NCBI GenBank assembly: GCA_048938105.1
Contig: JBHLMN010000015.1
Coordinates: 97,771 to 161,770 of the forward strand
Direction: 5' to 3'
DNA length: 64,000 nt
Origin: Promethearchaeota archaeon
GTDB lineage: Archaea; Asgardarchaeota; Heimdallarchaeia; Hodarchaeales; Hodarchaeaceae
Of the stretch, positions 38,300-48,920 are shown piece by piece. The translations under genes were made by a program, and so were the position numbers. The notes under the pieces were generated by a model. That model did not search any database and was not told the origin of the DNA. It saw only the letters and a program-made list of their open reading frames with translations. Each line of letters opens with the position of its first letter. Positions within the stretch are counted from its first letter, which is position 1.

Positions 38300-39205
38300 A
38301 TGAACTTGGGTGTTTTAAGCAAGAATCGCGAGTATTTTCCTACAGCTCAACTCTTAGATGATATAAAACGAAGAAATAACACTCAAGGTATCTTTATATC
38401 GACTAGCTTTGTGTCACCCTTAGTTAACGACTCATTTGTGGATGCACTATTTGTTAACCAATCCCTAAAGTCCCTTGATGGAATTATCCCAAGAATTGGT
38501 CGTTCACAAACCCAAATTGGGTTACTTTGTCTTCAGCAATTCGATTTAATGGGAATTCCTACCACCATCTCTTCTCATGCTTTATTCTTAGCTCGTGATA
38601 AATTTCGTTGTTATCAAACACTTTATGGACTCCCAGGCATACAACTACCAAAAACTGTGCTAATTAGTAATTCATTCATGTCTGATAAGTTAATGGAAAG
38701 ATTTAAGTTTCCAGTTGTGATTAAGATACCGAATGCTACGCAAGGAGTAGGAACAATCCTCGCTCCTAGTAGGAGGGTTGCCCAAGAGATGATTGAAGCA
38801 TTACTCATACGTCATGAAACTCCTATCCTTGTGCAAGAGTACTTAGGGGGAATTTCTCATAAGACCAATGATCGAATAGAGGATATTAGAGTATTAGTGG
38901 TAGGAACCACAATACTCGGAGCAATGCGCCGAATTGCACTCAAAGGTGAATGGCGGACAAATTATGCTCAAGGGGCGACCTGTGAGCCACATAACCTGAA
39001 ATTAGAAGAGCAAGACCTCATATTCCGTATTATTGAGCGTATAGGTATTGAAGTTGCAGGAATTGATTTATTTCCAACAGATCAAGGACTATTTCTACTT
39101 GAGGTAAACGCGTGTCCAGGTTGGAAAGCTTTTGAGCAGGTACATCCAAAAATTAATGTGGCGAAAAGTATTGTAGATTATATTCTTACAAAGATTCATC
39201 AATGA
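38300..39205 (+). CDS. RimK/LysX/CofF-family ATP-grasp ligase
   Basis: ARDK, FPVVIK, VQEY, DIRVLVVG, WRTN, AGID, LEVN..PG. Confidence 0.9.
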   Translation: MNLGVLSKNREYFPTAQLLDDIKRRNNTQGIFISTSFVSPLVNDSFVDALFVNQSLKSLDGIIPRIGRSQTQIGLLCLQQFDLMGIPTTISSHALFLARDKFRCYQTLYGLPGIQLPKTVLISNSFMSDKLMERFKFPVVIKIPNATQGVGTILAPSRRVAQEMIEALLIRHETPILVQEYLGGISHKTNDRIEDIRVLVVGTTILGAMRRIALKGEWRTNYAQGATCEPHNLKLEEQDLIFRIIERIGIEVAGIDLFPTDQGLFLLEVNACPGWKAFEQVHPKINVAKSIVDYILTKIHQ

Positions 39206-39616
39206 TACTTCTGTATTCTCAAAAACACTCAAGAATCTTGGGGAAGCTGATTTTACTACTGCAGATTGCCCTTCTTTGACTATGCTTCAAACTATGATTG
39301 GGATCCAGTACCAGGTGTTATCAAAGCAGTTTATCAGTTCTAATCAAGCAGATTTTTTTATAGAGCTTCATGACCAATACAATGTCTATTGGGGTGGAAA
39401 TCCCTTCTTCCTGCTGCTTGTGACGTGAGAGCCTGGACTGCTGCTAGTTTCTTCCCTAAGGGTTGTTGTGTCCTTCTTCAACAACAGAAATGACATGGTG
39501 AAAAGACAACCAATTCACATATATCAATGATCTTATATATCCTGCCCACTACCCATGATTTTGAAAAAAGTGTGAGGGTTTATTGAGACATTCTTTCCAA
39601 AGAGGATGACCTATAA

Positions 39617-40993
39617 TTGTGGGGCCAAAAGCTATTATTGATTTCATTATTGATTGGTCTAATGATATTTCACCCCTTGTACAATCAAACAACAATTACT
39701 TTTTTGGTTGACAAATCACACGAGAAGAGATTGCAGGACGGGTCATCTATGCCACAGCTGACCTGGAATCGTACGTATAGCTGGAGTTCTCGTGACAATC
39801 CTCGTTCTGGTCTCGAAACAGAAGATGGAGGGTTAGCAATTCTAAGTTATTCAGAACCAGAAGGATCGGCAGAATTGGATTTTAGGTTGGTAAAACTAGA
39901 CTCCAATGGAAACCTTCTTTGGACACACACGTATGGTGGAGAGGATTATGACTATGGAATGTCGGTTGTACAAACCACGGGTGGGGGATTTGCCTTGACG
40001 GGTTATACGTATTCTTACGGAGCTGGAAGTGCGGATGCTTGGCTGATAAAAACCAATGCTGATGGGAAGGTCGAGTGGGAGCGTACCTATGGTGAACCAA
40101 ATGAGGATATTGCCAATACTCTCATTCAGACGGTTGATGACGGCTACCTCTTAGCTGGTACCTCTAGGTCGTATGGTCGCGGTGACGTTGATGCCTGGTT
40201 ACTCAAAACCGACAATAAAGGAGTGATGCAATGGTCTCAGACCTATGGTGGACCTCGGTGGGATGAGGCTGAATCCCTCATCCAGACAGATGATGGTGGT
40301 TATGTGTTTACTGGCGTACGAAGTATTGGTGATAGTGCGTCTCCCGAAGAGTTATGGGTGGCAAAAACCGATGCAACGGGCAAGATGGAATGGAATCGTA
40401 CTTATGGCGGTATATGGACTGATCAAGCATATTCAGTCATCTCAAGCAGAGAGGGGGGGTACACCATAGCTGGTAGGAATGTCCCTGATGAGACGGGGGA
40501 AAGGGGGCCTGATTTTTGGTTAGTGAAAACGGACGTCCACGGAGTAGTGGAATGGAATTGTACGTATGGTGGGTTAGGACTTGAAACAGCGCGTTCAGTT
40601 GTCCAAACAGCAGACGGGGGATACGCTCTGCTAGGCGAGACTGATTCCTTTGGAGCTGGGTCTTACGATTTTTGGTTGGTAAAGACCGATGCTAATGGGA
40701 CTGCACAGTGGAATCAGACGTATGGCGGGCCTCATAAGGAATGCCCTAATTCGCTCGTGAAGACCTCAGATGGGGGACTTGTATTGATTGGATACATCAA
40801 ACCACTAGATATTTTTAATTATAGCTACCTCATAATTAAGATTGGCGGAGAAATGATCTCTGACACCTTGACCCCGACTCAACCATCACAACTAAATTTC
40901 ATTCATACTCTCCTTATTCCTCTAGGAATTAGCATTATCATTCTGCTTGGAGTTTTTGTCATCATCGTGACTCGGAAACGGAAAAGCTATTAA
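39617..40993 (+). CDS. Cell-surface beta-propeller repeat protein with C-terminal TM anchor
   Basis: Signal-like N-terminus; about seven W..TYGG..QT.DGG..WL.KTD repeats; TM plus RKRK tail. Confidence 0.85.
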   Translation: MWGQKLLLISLLIGLMIFHPLYNQTTITFLVDKSHEKRLQDGSSMPQLTWNRTYSWSSRDNPRSGLETEDGGLAILSYSEPEGSAELDFRLVKLDSNGNLLWTHTYGGEDYDYGMSVVQTTGGGFALTGYTYSYGAGSADAWLIKTNADGKVEWERTYGEPNEDIANTLIQTVDDGYLLAGTSRSYGRGDVDAWLLKTDNKGVMQWSQTYGGPRWDEAESLIQTDDGGYVFTGVRSIGDSASPEELWVAKTDATGKMEWNRTYGGIWTDQAYSVISSREGGYTIAGRNVPDETGERGPDFWLVKTDVHGVVEWNCTYGGLGLETARSVVQTADGGYALLGETDSFGAGSYDFWLVKTDANGTAQWNQTYGGPHKECPNSLVKTSDGGLVLIGYIKPLDIFNYSYLIIKIGGEMISDTLTPTQPSQLNFIHTLLIPLGISIIILLGVFVIIVTRKRKSY

Positions 40994-41165
40994 TTCTAGC
41001 ATTTACGGATTGAAAAAGCAAAAGAAAACCAAGAACGACCCAAGTAATTATCTATTGAAGGATTGATTTCTTAGGTGGCTATAAGAAAAGGTTTGATTAC
41101 TTTCTTGATCAAGAGTAACTCCTCTGGAACCTCTCTCTCCTGAAAGTGATCAAAAGGGATGTTGC

Positions 41166-42374
41166 TTGAGAGTCATCCGAACTGAGCAGATATGGTTAAA
41201 ACCACGAAAAACCTTTTCATGGCTGTGTCATCTCTCAAAAAATCTCTATAATGAAAGAAATTACCTTATCCGTCAAGAGTTTTTCAATCATAGCAAATGG
41301 ATTCGATATAATTCCCTATATCACCTCCTTAAAACTTCGGATAATTATCACCAACTCCCTGCTCAAACAGCTCAGCAAGTGTTGAAGATCCTTGATAAAA
41401 ATTGGAAATCCTTTTTTATCGCTATCAAAGCATGGAAGAAGAATAAATCGAAATTTAACAGGAGGCCAAAACCTCCTGGATATAAACCGAAGAATGGGGA
41501 GTTTCTGGTAGTTTTTACTAACCAACAAGTGAAATTAAAAGATAATATTCTGTTTTTTCCTAAAAAAGTCAGTTTTCAAATAAAAACCAGACTTCAGGAC
41601 AAAGCAAACATCAGAGAGGTACGAATTATCCCAAAAGGGGTAGGTTATGTAGTAGAAATCGTTTATAAGAAAGAAATTCATCTTAAACTTTTAAATAAGG
41701 ATAATATCGTGGCTATTGATTTAAGACTTACCAACCTCATAACTATGGTAAATAATAATGGTTTGAAACCGTTTATTATTAAAGGTGGGGTTATTAAATC
41801 AATTAATCAATACTATAACAAAAATAGAGCACGGATTCAATCAACCTATGACCGTCAGGGAATAAAGACAGGGAAAACCATGCGAAAATTAACTACTAAG
41901 CGTAATAAGAAAATAAATGACTATTTCCACAAGACTAGTCGAAAAGTAATTGAGTACTGTGAAATGAATGACATTGGAACAGTTGTGATCGGGTACAATC
42001 CCGATTGGAAACATAACTGTCAGATCGGTAAAAGGAATACTCAGAATTTTGTCACCATTCCTTATTCTAAACTAGTTCATAAATTAGAATATAAAGCCAC
42101 AGAACTGGGAATAACGGTCATTAGACAAGAGGAAAGTTATTCAAGTAAGTGTTCTTTTTTGGATAATGAGCCAATCGAACATCATAGGAAATATTTAGGC
42201 CGAAGAATGACTAGAGGGCTATTCAAATCTCATAAAGGTATTATTATTAATGCTGATGTGAATGGGGCTTACAATATTCTGAAAAAAGCATTCCTGAACG
42301 CGGTTGACGCTGACAGGATAGAGGATGTTGGGTTACATCCCACACGATGGAGACAAGCTGCGGTGACGAGCTAG
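41166..42374 (+). CDS. tnpB: TnpB, copy 2
   Basis: Highly similar to 31509-32717; RuvC-I reads AIDLR instead of AIDLG. Confidence 0.93.
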   Translation: MRVIRTEQIWLKPRKTFSWLCHLSKNLYNERNYLIRQEFFNHSKWIRYNSLYHLLKTSDNYHQLPAQTAQQVLKILDKNWKSFFIAIKAWKKNKSKFNRRPKPPGYKPKNGEFLVVFTNQQVKLKDNILFFPKKVSFQIKTRLQDKANIREVRIIPKGVGYVVEIVYKKEIHLKLLNKDNIVAIDLRLTNLITMVNNNGLKPFIIKGGVIKSINQYYNKNRARIQSTYDRQGIKTGKTMRKLTTKRNKKINDYFHKTSRKVIEYCEMNDIGTVVIGYNPDWKHNCQIGKRNTQNFVTIPYSKLVHKLEYKATELGITVIRQEESYSSKCSFLDNEPIEHHRKYLGRRMTRGLFKSHKGIIINADVNGAYNILKKAFLNAVDADRIEDVGLHPTRWRQAAVTS

Positions 42375-42427
42375 TTGATGACCTCATGTGAATAAAGTTG
42401 AATATATTTTTATCAATTTTAATAACC
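41166..42427 (+). mobile_element. Non-autonomous IS200/IS605-like element, copy 2
   Basis: Shared right-end sequence to AATAACC; terminal hairpin degraded. Confidence 0.7.
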
Positions 42428-42510
42428 TTCTCGAAAACATAATAAATATTAAATAGTGAGTTCTATCAAACCTCTACATCAGACGTTGGAAATACAGCAC
42501 GAAAAATGGG

Positions 42511-43494
42511 ATGCCACCGAATGGGATGATCATGGCAAAGAAAGATGACTACTCTTCCTTAAAAATTGCCAAGGAAACTAAAATTCGAATCCAAGAACAA
42601 TTTCCGACCCTTATGGCATTGGCTGCAACTCCACCTGAAGAGGTAATACGTCGTTGTGAGATAAATCGGTCTTCTGCAGAAAGGGCAGTTAATCAAGCAC
42701 GAAAAATAGTCGGGATGACTGAACCAATCACTGCGGCAGAGCTGTTAGAGAAAAAGATAGCAAAACACCGCATTACTACCTCATCCCAACAGCTTGATGA
42801 AATTCTTGGAGGAGGTATATCTGTAGGCGCAATAACAGAATTTAGTGGTGCTTTCTCCACTGGAAAAACACAATTAGCGTTCCAGTTATGTATTAATGTG
42901 CAGCGACCACTAGAGGAAGGCGGTATAGATGGAAAAGCTCTATTCATTGATACAGAAAATACGTTTGCACCTGCTCGTGTTGCAGAGATGAGTTATTCAT
43001 TTACAGATGATCCAAAGAGGTTTTTAAAAAATATTTTTGTAAGTAGAGCGTATAATGCGGACCATCAGATACAAATTGTGGAAAAAATAGATAAATTAAT
43101 AGAAGCAAACGAAGTACGATTAATAGTTATCGATTCAATGGCATCACACTTCCGGGCAGAATTTCCAGGGAAGGACAATTTACCTAGAAGGCAACAAATG
43201 CTTATGGCTCATGCAGAAACCCTACAACGGTTAGCTGAATCCTATGAACTAGCAATAGTGACAACAAATCAGATACTAGCCAATCCAGATAGCATTTTCT
43301 CGGGAATAAGTAGCTTAGAACCAGCATTAGGATTTGCCTGGGGACATCGGCCCACACATAGAATATTACTGAGGAAGTCACGAGGAACAATACGGATAGC
43401 GAGGATTTTTGACTCACCAGAATTAGCGGAAAGAGAAGCCGTATTTCATATAACACCTCAAGGAATACGAGACGGACCACCGCTGGATTATTGA
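42511..43494 (+). CDS. RadA/Rad51-like recombinase paralog
   Basis: N-terminal helical domain, LDEILGGG, GAFSTGKTQ, FIDTENTF, LIVIDS, TNQ, RIARIFDSP; divergent L2 region. Confidence 0.88.
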   Translation: MPPNGMIMAKKDDYSSLKIAKETKIRIQEQFPTLMALAATPPEEVIRRCEINRSSAERAVNQARKIVGMTEPITAAELLEKKIAKHRITTSSQQLDEILGGGISVGAITEFSGAFSTGKTQLAFQLCINVQRPLEEGGIDGKALFIDTENTFAPARVAEMSYSFTDDPKRFLKNIFVSRAYNADHQIQIVEKIDKLIEANEVRLIVIDSMASHFRAEFPGKDNLPRRQQMLMAHAETLQRLAESYELAIVTTNQILANPDSIFSGISSLEPALGFAWGHRPTHRILLRKSRGTIRIARIFDSPELAEREAVFHITPQGIRDGPPLDY

Positions 43495-43615
43495 ACTTCC
43501 TTTTTAATTAATAACATAATAATCTGGGTTATATTTAGAGTTTTAAATATACAAGATGGGTGAAAAAAGAAAAATAGATTAGTAATAGTATATATACAGT
43601 ATTACAAAGAACAAC

Positions 43616-44518
43616 TTAAGCTTTTTTGATTGGTACATAAATGTACATTGGATCAGTCTCTTCATTCTCATAATCTTCTGGATAAACTTCATATTCCCCG
43701 TAGTGGTAGCTTATGTCCTTGTAACCGTTTTTTTGTATCCATTCGCTAGCAAAATTCCAGGCTTTAAAAAGAGTTGGCAACGTACACTTAACTACGACAT
43801 AAGTTAATTCAGGGATTGTGTAAGTAATAAAATCTTCAGGTACTTCTATCCCTGGGTCTACTTCATAACCTGCTAGAAAGCTGAATTCTTTAGTAGTTTT
43901 ATTCTTGTTATAACTTATACCATATGCTGTACCTGACTTTGTCTTTTCTTTAATCTCATCATATCGCTTTATGAACCTGTTCCATAAGCCAGGTATGAAT
44001 TCTTGAGGTTTTTTTCCTCGGTCCTGCATTCCCATTACTGTAAATGCTGGACGTGATTTAATTTCGACTTCCATTTCAATTTCACTCCATTTTTTTGATT
44101 CGGATTCCAAAATTTCACCATTTTCAAACCGATATCGTGTGTATCGGGATATCATGTCTTGGTATCTTCTTCGCTGACGTTCCAACCGATCTTGTTCTCT
44201 AATTCTAGCATTCAGATAATTTTTTGATATGCTAGATAGGAATTCTTTTCCATCTGTGGTTATTTGATATACACCTCTATCTAATTTCACAATTAGATTT
44301 TTTTCGAGAAGAACATTCAGATGGTTTCCCAAAGCACTCTTTGGTAATCCTGTTTGCTCCATGAGAGTGCCAAACTCCTTTTCTTCTTTCAGCATGAAAG
44401 TTAATATCTCAAGCCTTTTTGGATGTTGAAGAGTTTTAAGTAATTCCGAGATTTCATCCACTGCTTCTAAGATAAACGCTTTCATAGCTTCTTCAGATTC
44501 GAAAGGTTGGTCAGTCAT
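43616..44518 (-). CDS. ArsR-type HTH + GyrI-like ligand-binding regulator
   Basis: LQHPKRLEIL..LGNHL HTH; IPGLW..F, YEVYP..IYVPI GyrI motifs. Confidence 0.85.
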   Translation of the reverse strand: MTDQPFESEEAMKAFILEAVDEISELLKTLQHPKRLEILTFMLKEEKEFGTLMEQTGLPKSALGNHLNVLLEKNLIVKLDRGVYQITTDGKEFLSSISKNYLNARIREQDRLERQRRRYQDMISRYTRYRFENGEILESESKKWSEIEMEVEIKSRPAFTVMGMQDRGKKPQEFIPGLWNRFIKRYDEIKEKTKSGTAYGISYNKNKTTKEFSFLAGYEVDPGIEVPEDFITYTIPELTYVVVKCTLPTLFKAWNFASEWIQKNGYKDISYHYGEYEVYPEDYENEETDPMYIYVPIKKA

Positions 44519-44750
44519 TTGGAAGTCTTTCCTTTCTTTATTTAAGGATTATTGGTTGAATTTATGAATATTTTGCAATTTGAACCATTCTAGAAATTGA
44601 ACATTCAAATATATGACCATTTGAACTTGTGAACACTATAACCCTTGAAATTTGTGTGGTAAAAAATTTCGATTTCAAAGTATAATATATTTTATCTTCT
44701 CTGTCAAGTATGATTCCTTGAATTCTGAAAGTTGGAGTTTCTAAGTACCC

Positions 44751-45677
44751 TTAAATTTCTTTAAACCAAGTTTCTTCAGCCAATTTTTTAGTGAAACCGA
44801 CCGAATCATATAATTTATTAGCTGCGAGCGTGTTTGCAGCCCCACCAATATAAAAAAAGGCAGGATCATACTTCATAGCACGTTTTAGACCCTCAAATAT
44901 AAGTAATTTAGCTAATCCTAATTTTCTAAAGTTCGGATGAGTTGCCATTGGTTCGAGTTGGGTAATTTTACTCATAGGATCCATTCTAAACGTACAAAAA
45001 GAAGCAAAGGTCCCATCAGGAGTAACAGCAACTAGATCCAGGTTTTGTTTATAGAAGGAGCGATGGGATATTTGTTCCAAGATATCTGCAGTAAACCAAT
45101 CACCATGACCAAAAATTAAACGTATTAACCGAGCTAATTGTTGATAATCAGATTTTCCTTTAACATTTCTAATTTCAAATCCTTCAGGGCACTTAAAATC
45201 TGGAATGGGTAAGTTTGAAGGACGTATTCTGACATAAGAATCTATCTCTCCCACTTTTTGATAACCAAGCTCATATAATAATATTTCTCGTGTGGAGTTT
45301 CCCTCAATTGTTTTAATTCTTAACTTCTCCTTCTTACTAGGATCTTTTTTCTTCTCAACTGAGTGTTTTTCAATCCATTTTACTATTTCTCGTTCAATAA
45401 AACTATAAGAGGGATCAATTTGGATGTAATACACATTATTTGTTTCGGGATTGGCTACAGCAACTATTTTTCTGTGCAAAGGTGAGATTGAATCTATAAT
45501 TTCTTCCCAAATTCTTATATCTTCTATATAATAATCATGATTACTTTCAAAGCGATCTGGGAACCAATTCAGATAAGAATTGGTATTTTTAAATGTTTCA
45601 TATAAAAAGGCCATAATAGAGGTAAAATCTTCATCAATATTGTATGGACGTGAAACTATCTTCATTACTATAACCAA
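44751..45677 (-). CDS. GNAT family acetyltransferase (tandem domain)
   Basis: EPMATHPNFRKLGLAK, ANKLYDSVGF. Confidence 0.88.
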   Translation of the reverse strand: MVIVMKIVSRPYNIDEDFTSIMAFLYETFKNTNSYLNWFPDRFESNHDYYIEDIRIWEEIIDSISPLHRKIVAVANPETNNVYYIQIDPSYSFIEREIVKWIEKHSVEKKKDPSKKEKLRIKTIEGNSTREILLYELGYQKVGEIDSYVRIRPSNLPIPDFKCPEGFEIRNVKGKSDYQQLARLIRLIFGHGDWFTADILEQISHRSFYKQNLDLVAVTPDGTFASFCTFRMDPMSKITQLEPMATHPNFRKLGLAKLLIFEGLKRAMKYDPAFFYIGGAANTLAANKLYDSVGFTKKLAEETWFKEI

Positions 45678-46130
45678 TTTATCTTCTATAGAAGCAAACT
45701 TTTAACGTCGTGGTTACGGTAAAATTGTTGGAAAAAAGCAATTGAACTTGAGTTAATCAGAAGGAAATATCTGAATAATATATGTCAAAAGATAATGATA
45801 CACAACAAAGTTGACATATGTTCTTCTCCATTGGGAAAATCCATCCGATTAGAGATCCATTACTAATGAAATCAAGGCAAGATCCAATAAGATTAACCTA
45901 ATCACACCTCCAGAATTAGCTAATGCTTAAAAAAGGATAATAAATAATTGTTTTAGACATTATAAACTTTTTTTTCATCGAAAATAACCTTAAATCCATT
46001 CTGAAAGGTTAATAAAGTTGATTTAAGGCTAAAACACTTAGGGATTACTTACCTAATACAATTAGGCTTTTATTTAAGAAAAGCTAGTCATTAAAATCAA
46101 AGACAATTAGAATAAATTGAGGAGTCAATA

Positions 46131-46904
46131 TTGCGCCAACCAAATGGAAATGCATTCACTTACTTACATAAAGTCTCAGATGTCAAGATCAAGCCCCCTG
46201 CGGTAGTTATTCAAGGATTACCAGGAATGGGTCTCATAGGAAAAATCGCAGCAAATTATTTGATCAATCATTTTAAAGCAGAAGAGATTGCACGGATTTA
46301 TAGCTCTTTCTTTCCACCAGTTGTACAGATAGACAGTAAAACAAGTATAGGACGACTAGCGAGGATGGAAATATATGCCATCACCACAACGGCACCAAAC
46401 CTTTTAATTTTGACAGGAGATGCCCAACCACACGATATTGGGATTATCCAAGTTCTGAACAGTGTGCTAGATTATGTCATAGATCTAAAAGCAGATACTT
46501 TGATTTGTCTGGGAGGATTACGAGTACATGAAGAAGGACCCGAAGTAGCAGGGTTTGGTTACGATAAAGAAACCCTAGATTGGCTCGAAGAACACGATGT
46601 GACATTATTGAAAGGGGGAGAAGTCACAGGAGCCGTTGGTGTTCTATCAGCACTTGCTGCAGAACGAAATCTGAAAAGCTTTGGATTACTGGGAAAACTC
46701 ACCCTCGCAGGGACAGACCCCAAAGCAAGTAAAGCATTATTAAAACAATTGGCCAAACTTTATCCCCTAAAACTCAAGTTAAAAGACCTAGATCTGACGA
46801 TAGAAGAAGCCCAAGCAAAAAATGATCGGATCACTAGTCTAGCACGAGAAGTACTAGAACAAGGGGAAGATGAGAGGGAACAAGGGCCAGGATATTATAT
46901 TTAA
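46131..46904 (+). CDS. PAC2-family proteasome assembly chaperone
   Basis: QGLPGMGLIGKIAA, LTGDAQP, LGG, DPKAS, C-terminal aromatic tail GYYI. Confidence 0.88.
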   Translation: MRQPNGNAFTYLHKVSDVKIKPPAVVIQGLPGMGLIGKIAANYLINHFKAEEIARIYSSFFPPVVQIDSKTSIGRLARMEIYAITTTAPNLLILTGDAQPHDIGIIQVLNSVLDYVIDLKADTLICLGGLRVHEEGPEVAGFGYDKETLDWLEEHDVTLLKGGEVTGAVGVLSALAAERNLKSFGLLGKLTLAGTDPKASKALLKQLAKLYPLKLKLKDLDLTIEEAQAKNDRITSLAREVLEQGEDEREQGPGYYI

Positions 46905-46936
46905 TGCAAGAAAGAGAGAATCATTACAAACTTGTT

Positions 46937-48832
46937 CTAGCTTCTCTTGGATCTTCGGATGATTCGACGAATAAATTCTAGAGAAACGGCTCCCGTCAAA
47001 AGGAGAGGGAAAGGCCAACTAGGAGTAATATCCCCCGCTCGGGATTGATAGGTTATCGTTGTTAAATCGGGATTATTGGGAGTTATTTCTGGATCTGGAT
47101 CTTCATTTTCAGAATCACCATCAATGGAGTAAGGGTCATCCACTATTCCATCCTCATCCTTATCAGGACTGATCCAGTTGTTCCAATAGTTATGGGAGAA
47201 AGAATTGTCTTTTTCGCCATAAGAACAATCATATGCTTGAGAATCCCCCTCTGGATTGTTGTCAATGAAATCATTCTCTTCCACATCACAATTTTCACAG
47301 TTCTCCAACCGAATTCCATATAATTCATTATCCTCTAATAAATTATTTTCAATGGATCCATCTGTGACAGAGAATAGCTCAATCCCATCATAAAGGTTGT
47401 TTGATAAAATATTTTGAGTAATAGTGAGATCATCAGATCTCCAACCCCCTTGTATTCCAGTATAGTCATTATTTTGGATAGTATTGTAGTCGATTGATAA
47501 ATCAGGTGACTCCTCAAAATAAATCCCTCCATCCATGTTATCAGCTATAAGATTGGCTTCAATATTGACATGATCAGAGAACCATACCCAAATCCCAGAA
47601 AAAAGATTATTCATGATAAAATTATCATGGATGTCTATGTCTGAGCTGAAACACGTGCTAATCCCATCAACAGTTTTATCAAGCACTTGATCCACAATTT
47701 CTATCTCTTCACAATCAACTAGAACTATTTGTCCAGCGCCAGAAGGAACAATTTTCTCCTCTTCGTTTTGCCAATAAATTAATGGCTTATCATTAACCGT
47801 ATTATCCGTCACATCATCCTGTAAACAATCATCAACGTCTATGCCGATCATAAATAAACCATTATTCTGTAATTCATTATCTTGAATCTTGTTATCTGAT
47901 GAAAGCCATAAATAAATACCCGCGGCAGTATTTTCAGTAATTTGATTATCGTGAATATTAAGATCTGAACATAGGACTGCAGTTATCCCTGCAGAACCAG
48001 CTGACAATGTCACATCAGATACTTCAACATCCTCACAATTATATAAGAGAATCTGCCCAGCGTCTGTAGGTACCTTTCCTCCATGCTTATTTTGCCAGTA
48101 AACTAGTGGCTTATCGTTAACCGTATTACCACTCACTTCTGCTTGCGTACAATTTTCTGTTTCTAACCCTCTAACGATGAACCCATTGCGAGAAAAATCA
48201 TTATCCATAATCCTGTTATTTGGAGAATATCGTAAGTCAATTCCGTACCAGCCATTATCTGAGAAAGTATTATCATGAATATTCAATTCAGTGGAATGAT
48301 AGGCCCATATACCTCTCCAACAGTTATTATCAAAATCATTCTTCTCGATCGTGATAGAATTTGATTCATACAGATTTATGCCATCTTGGGCATTATTATT
48401 AATGGTGCAATCAACAATATCCCCGTTTGACACCTCGTCAAATTCAATTCCAATATCCCCATCCGTTAAGAGACAGTTACTTATCTGAAAATGCACATCA
48501 GTATAACGAATCTCAATTAACGTACCTGAACCTGTAATAGAAAGGCCATCAATAATATACGGATTGGAATAGCTACCATCTCCCTCCCAACCTTCGGAGA
48601 TTATTATATCATTGAATTCGGTGTTGGAAGAAATGGAAATGGGAGCATGAGACTCGTATGTAACCCTAGAAAGTTGTTGAGGAGTTATACTTGGATTAAA
48701 ATATCTAGAACTATCAGCTCTAATGAATTGTTTAACATTGGAACAAGAACCTTGATCAGTAGTCATGAAAGCTAAAATGAACAGAAATATTATTGTAGAA
48801 AAAAAGACTGAGGATCTAACCACTATAGTCAA
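46937..48832 (-). CDS. NosD/CASH right-handed beta-helix surface protein with C-terminal sorting signal
   Basis: GDGS..NPYII, GI.L..S..N.I repeats, duplicated VNDKPL.YWQN, NYW; TPSW + hydrophobic + basic tail. Confidence 0.85.
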   Translation of the reverse strand: MTIVVRSSVFFSTIIFLFILAFMTTDQGSCSNVKQFIRADSSRYFNPSITPQQLSRVTYESHAPISISSNTEFNDIIISEGWEGDGSYSNPYIIDGLSITGSGTLIEIRYTDVHFQISNCLLTDGDIGIEFDEVSNGDIVDCTINNNAQDGINLYESNSITIEKNDFDNNCWRGIWAYHSTELNIHDNTFSDNGWYGIDLRYSPNNRIMDNDFSRNGFIVRGLETENCTQAEVSGNTVNDKPLVYWQNKHGGKVPTDAGQILLYNCEDVEVSDVTLSAGSAGITAVLCSDLNIHDNQITENTAAGIYLWLSSDNKIQDNELQNNGLFMIGIDVDDCLQDDVTDNTVNDKPLIYWQNEEEKIVPSGAGQIVLVDCEEIEIVDQVLDKTVDGISTCFSSDIDIHDNFIMNNLFSGIWVWFSDHVNIEANLIADNMDGGIYFEESPDLSIDYNTIQNNDYTGIQGGWRSDDLTITQNILSNNLYDGIELFSVTDGSIENNLLEDNELYGIRLENCENCDVEENDFIDNNPEGDSQAYDCSYGEKDNSFSHNYWNNWISPDKDEDGIVDDPYSIDGDSENEDPDPEITPNNPDLTTITYQSRAGDITPSWPFPLLLTGAVSLEFIRRIIRRSKRS

Positions 48833-48920
48833 CCTCCTGATGTAGTTTCACTTTTAGGGGATATAATATTATATAAAGTTTTCAATAGAGAAGATCAGTA
48901 ATTAGATAAATACAGGATTT

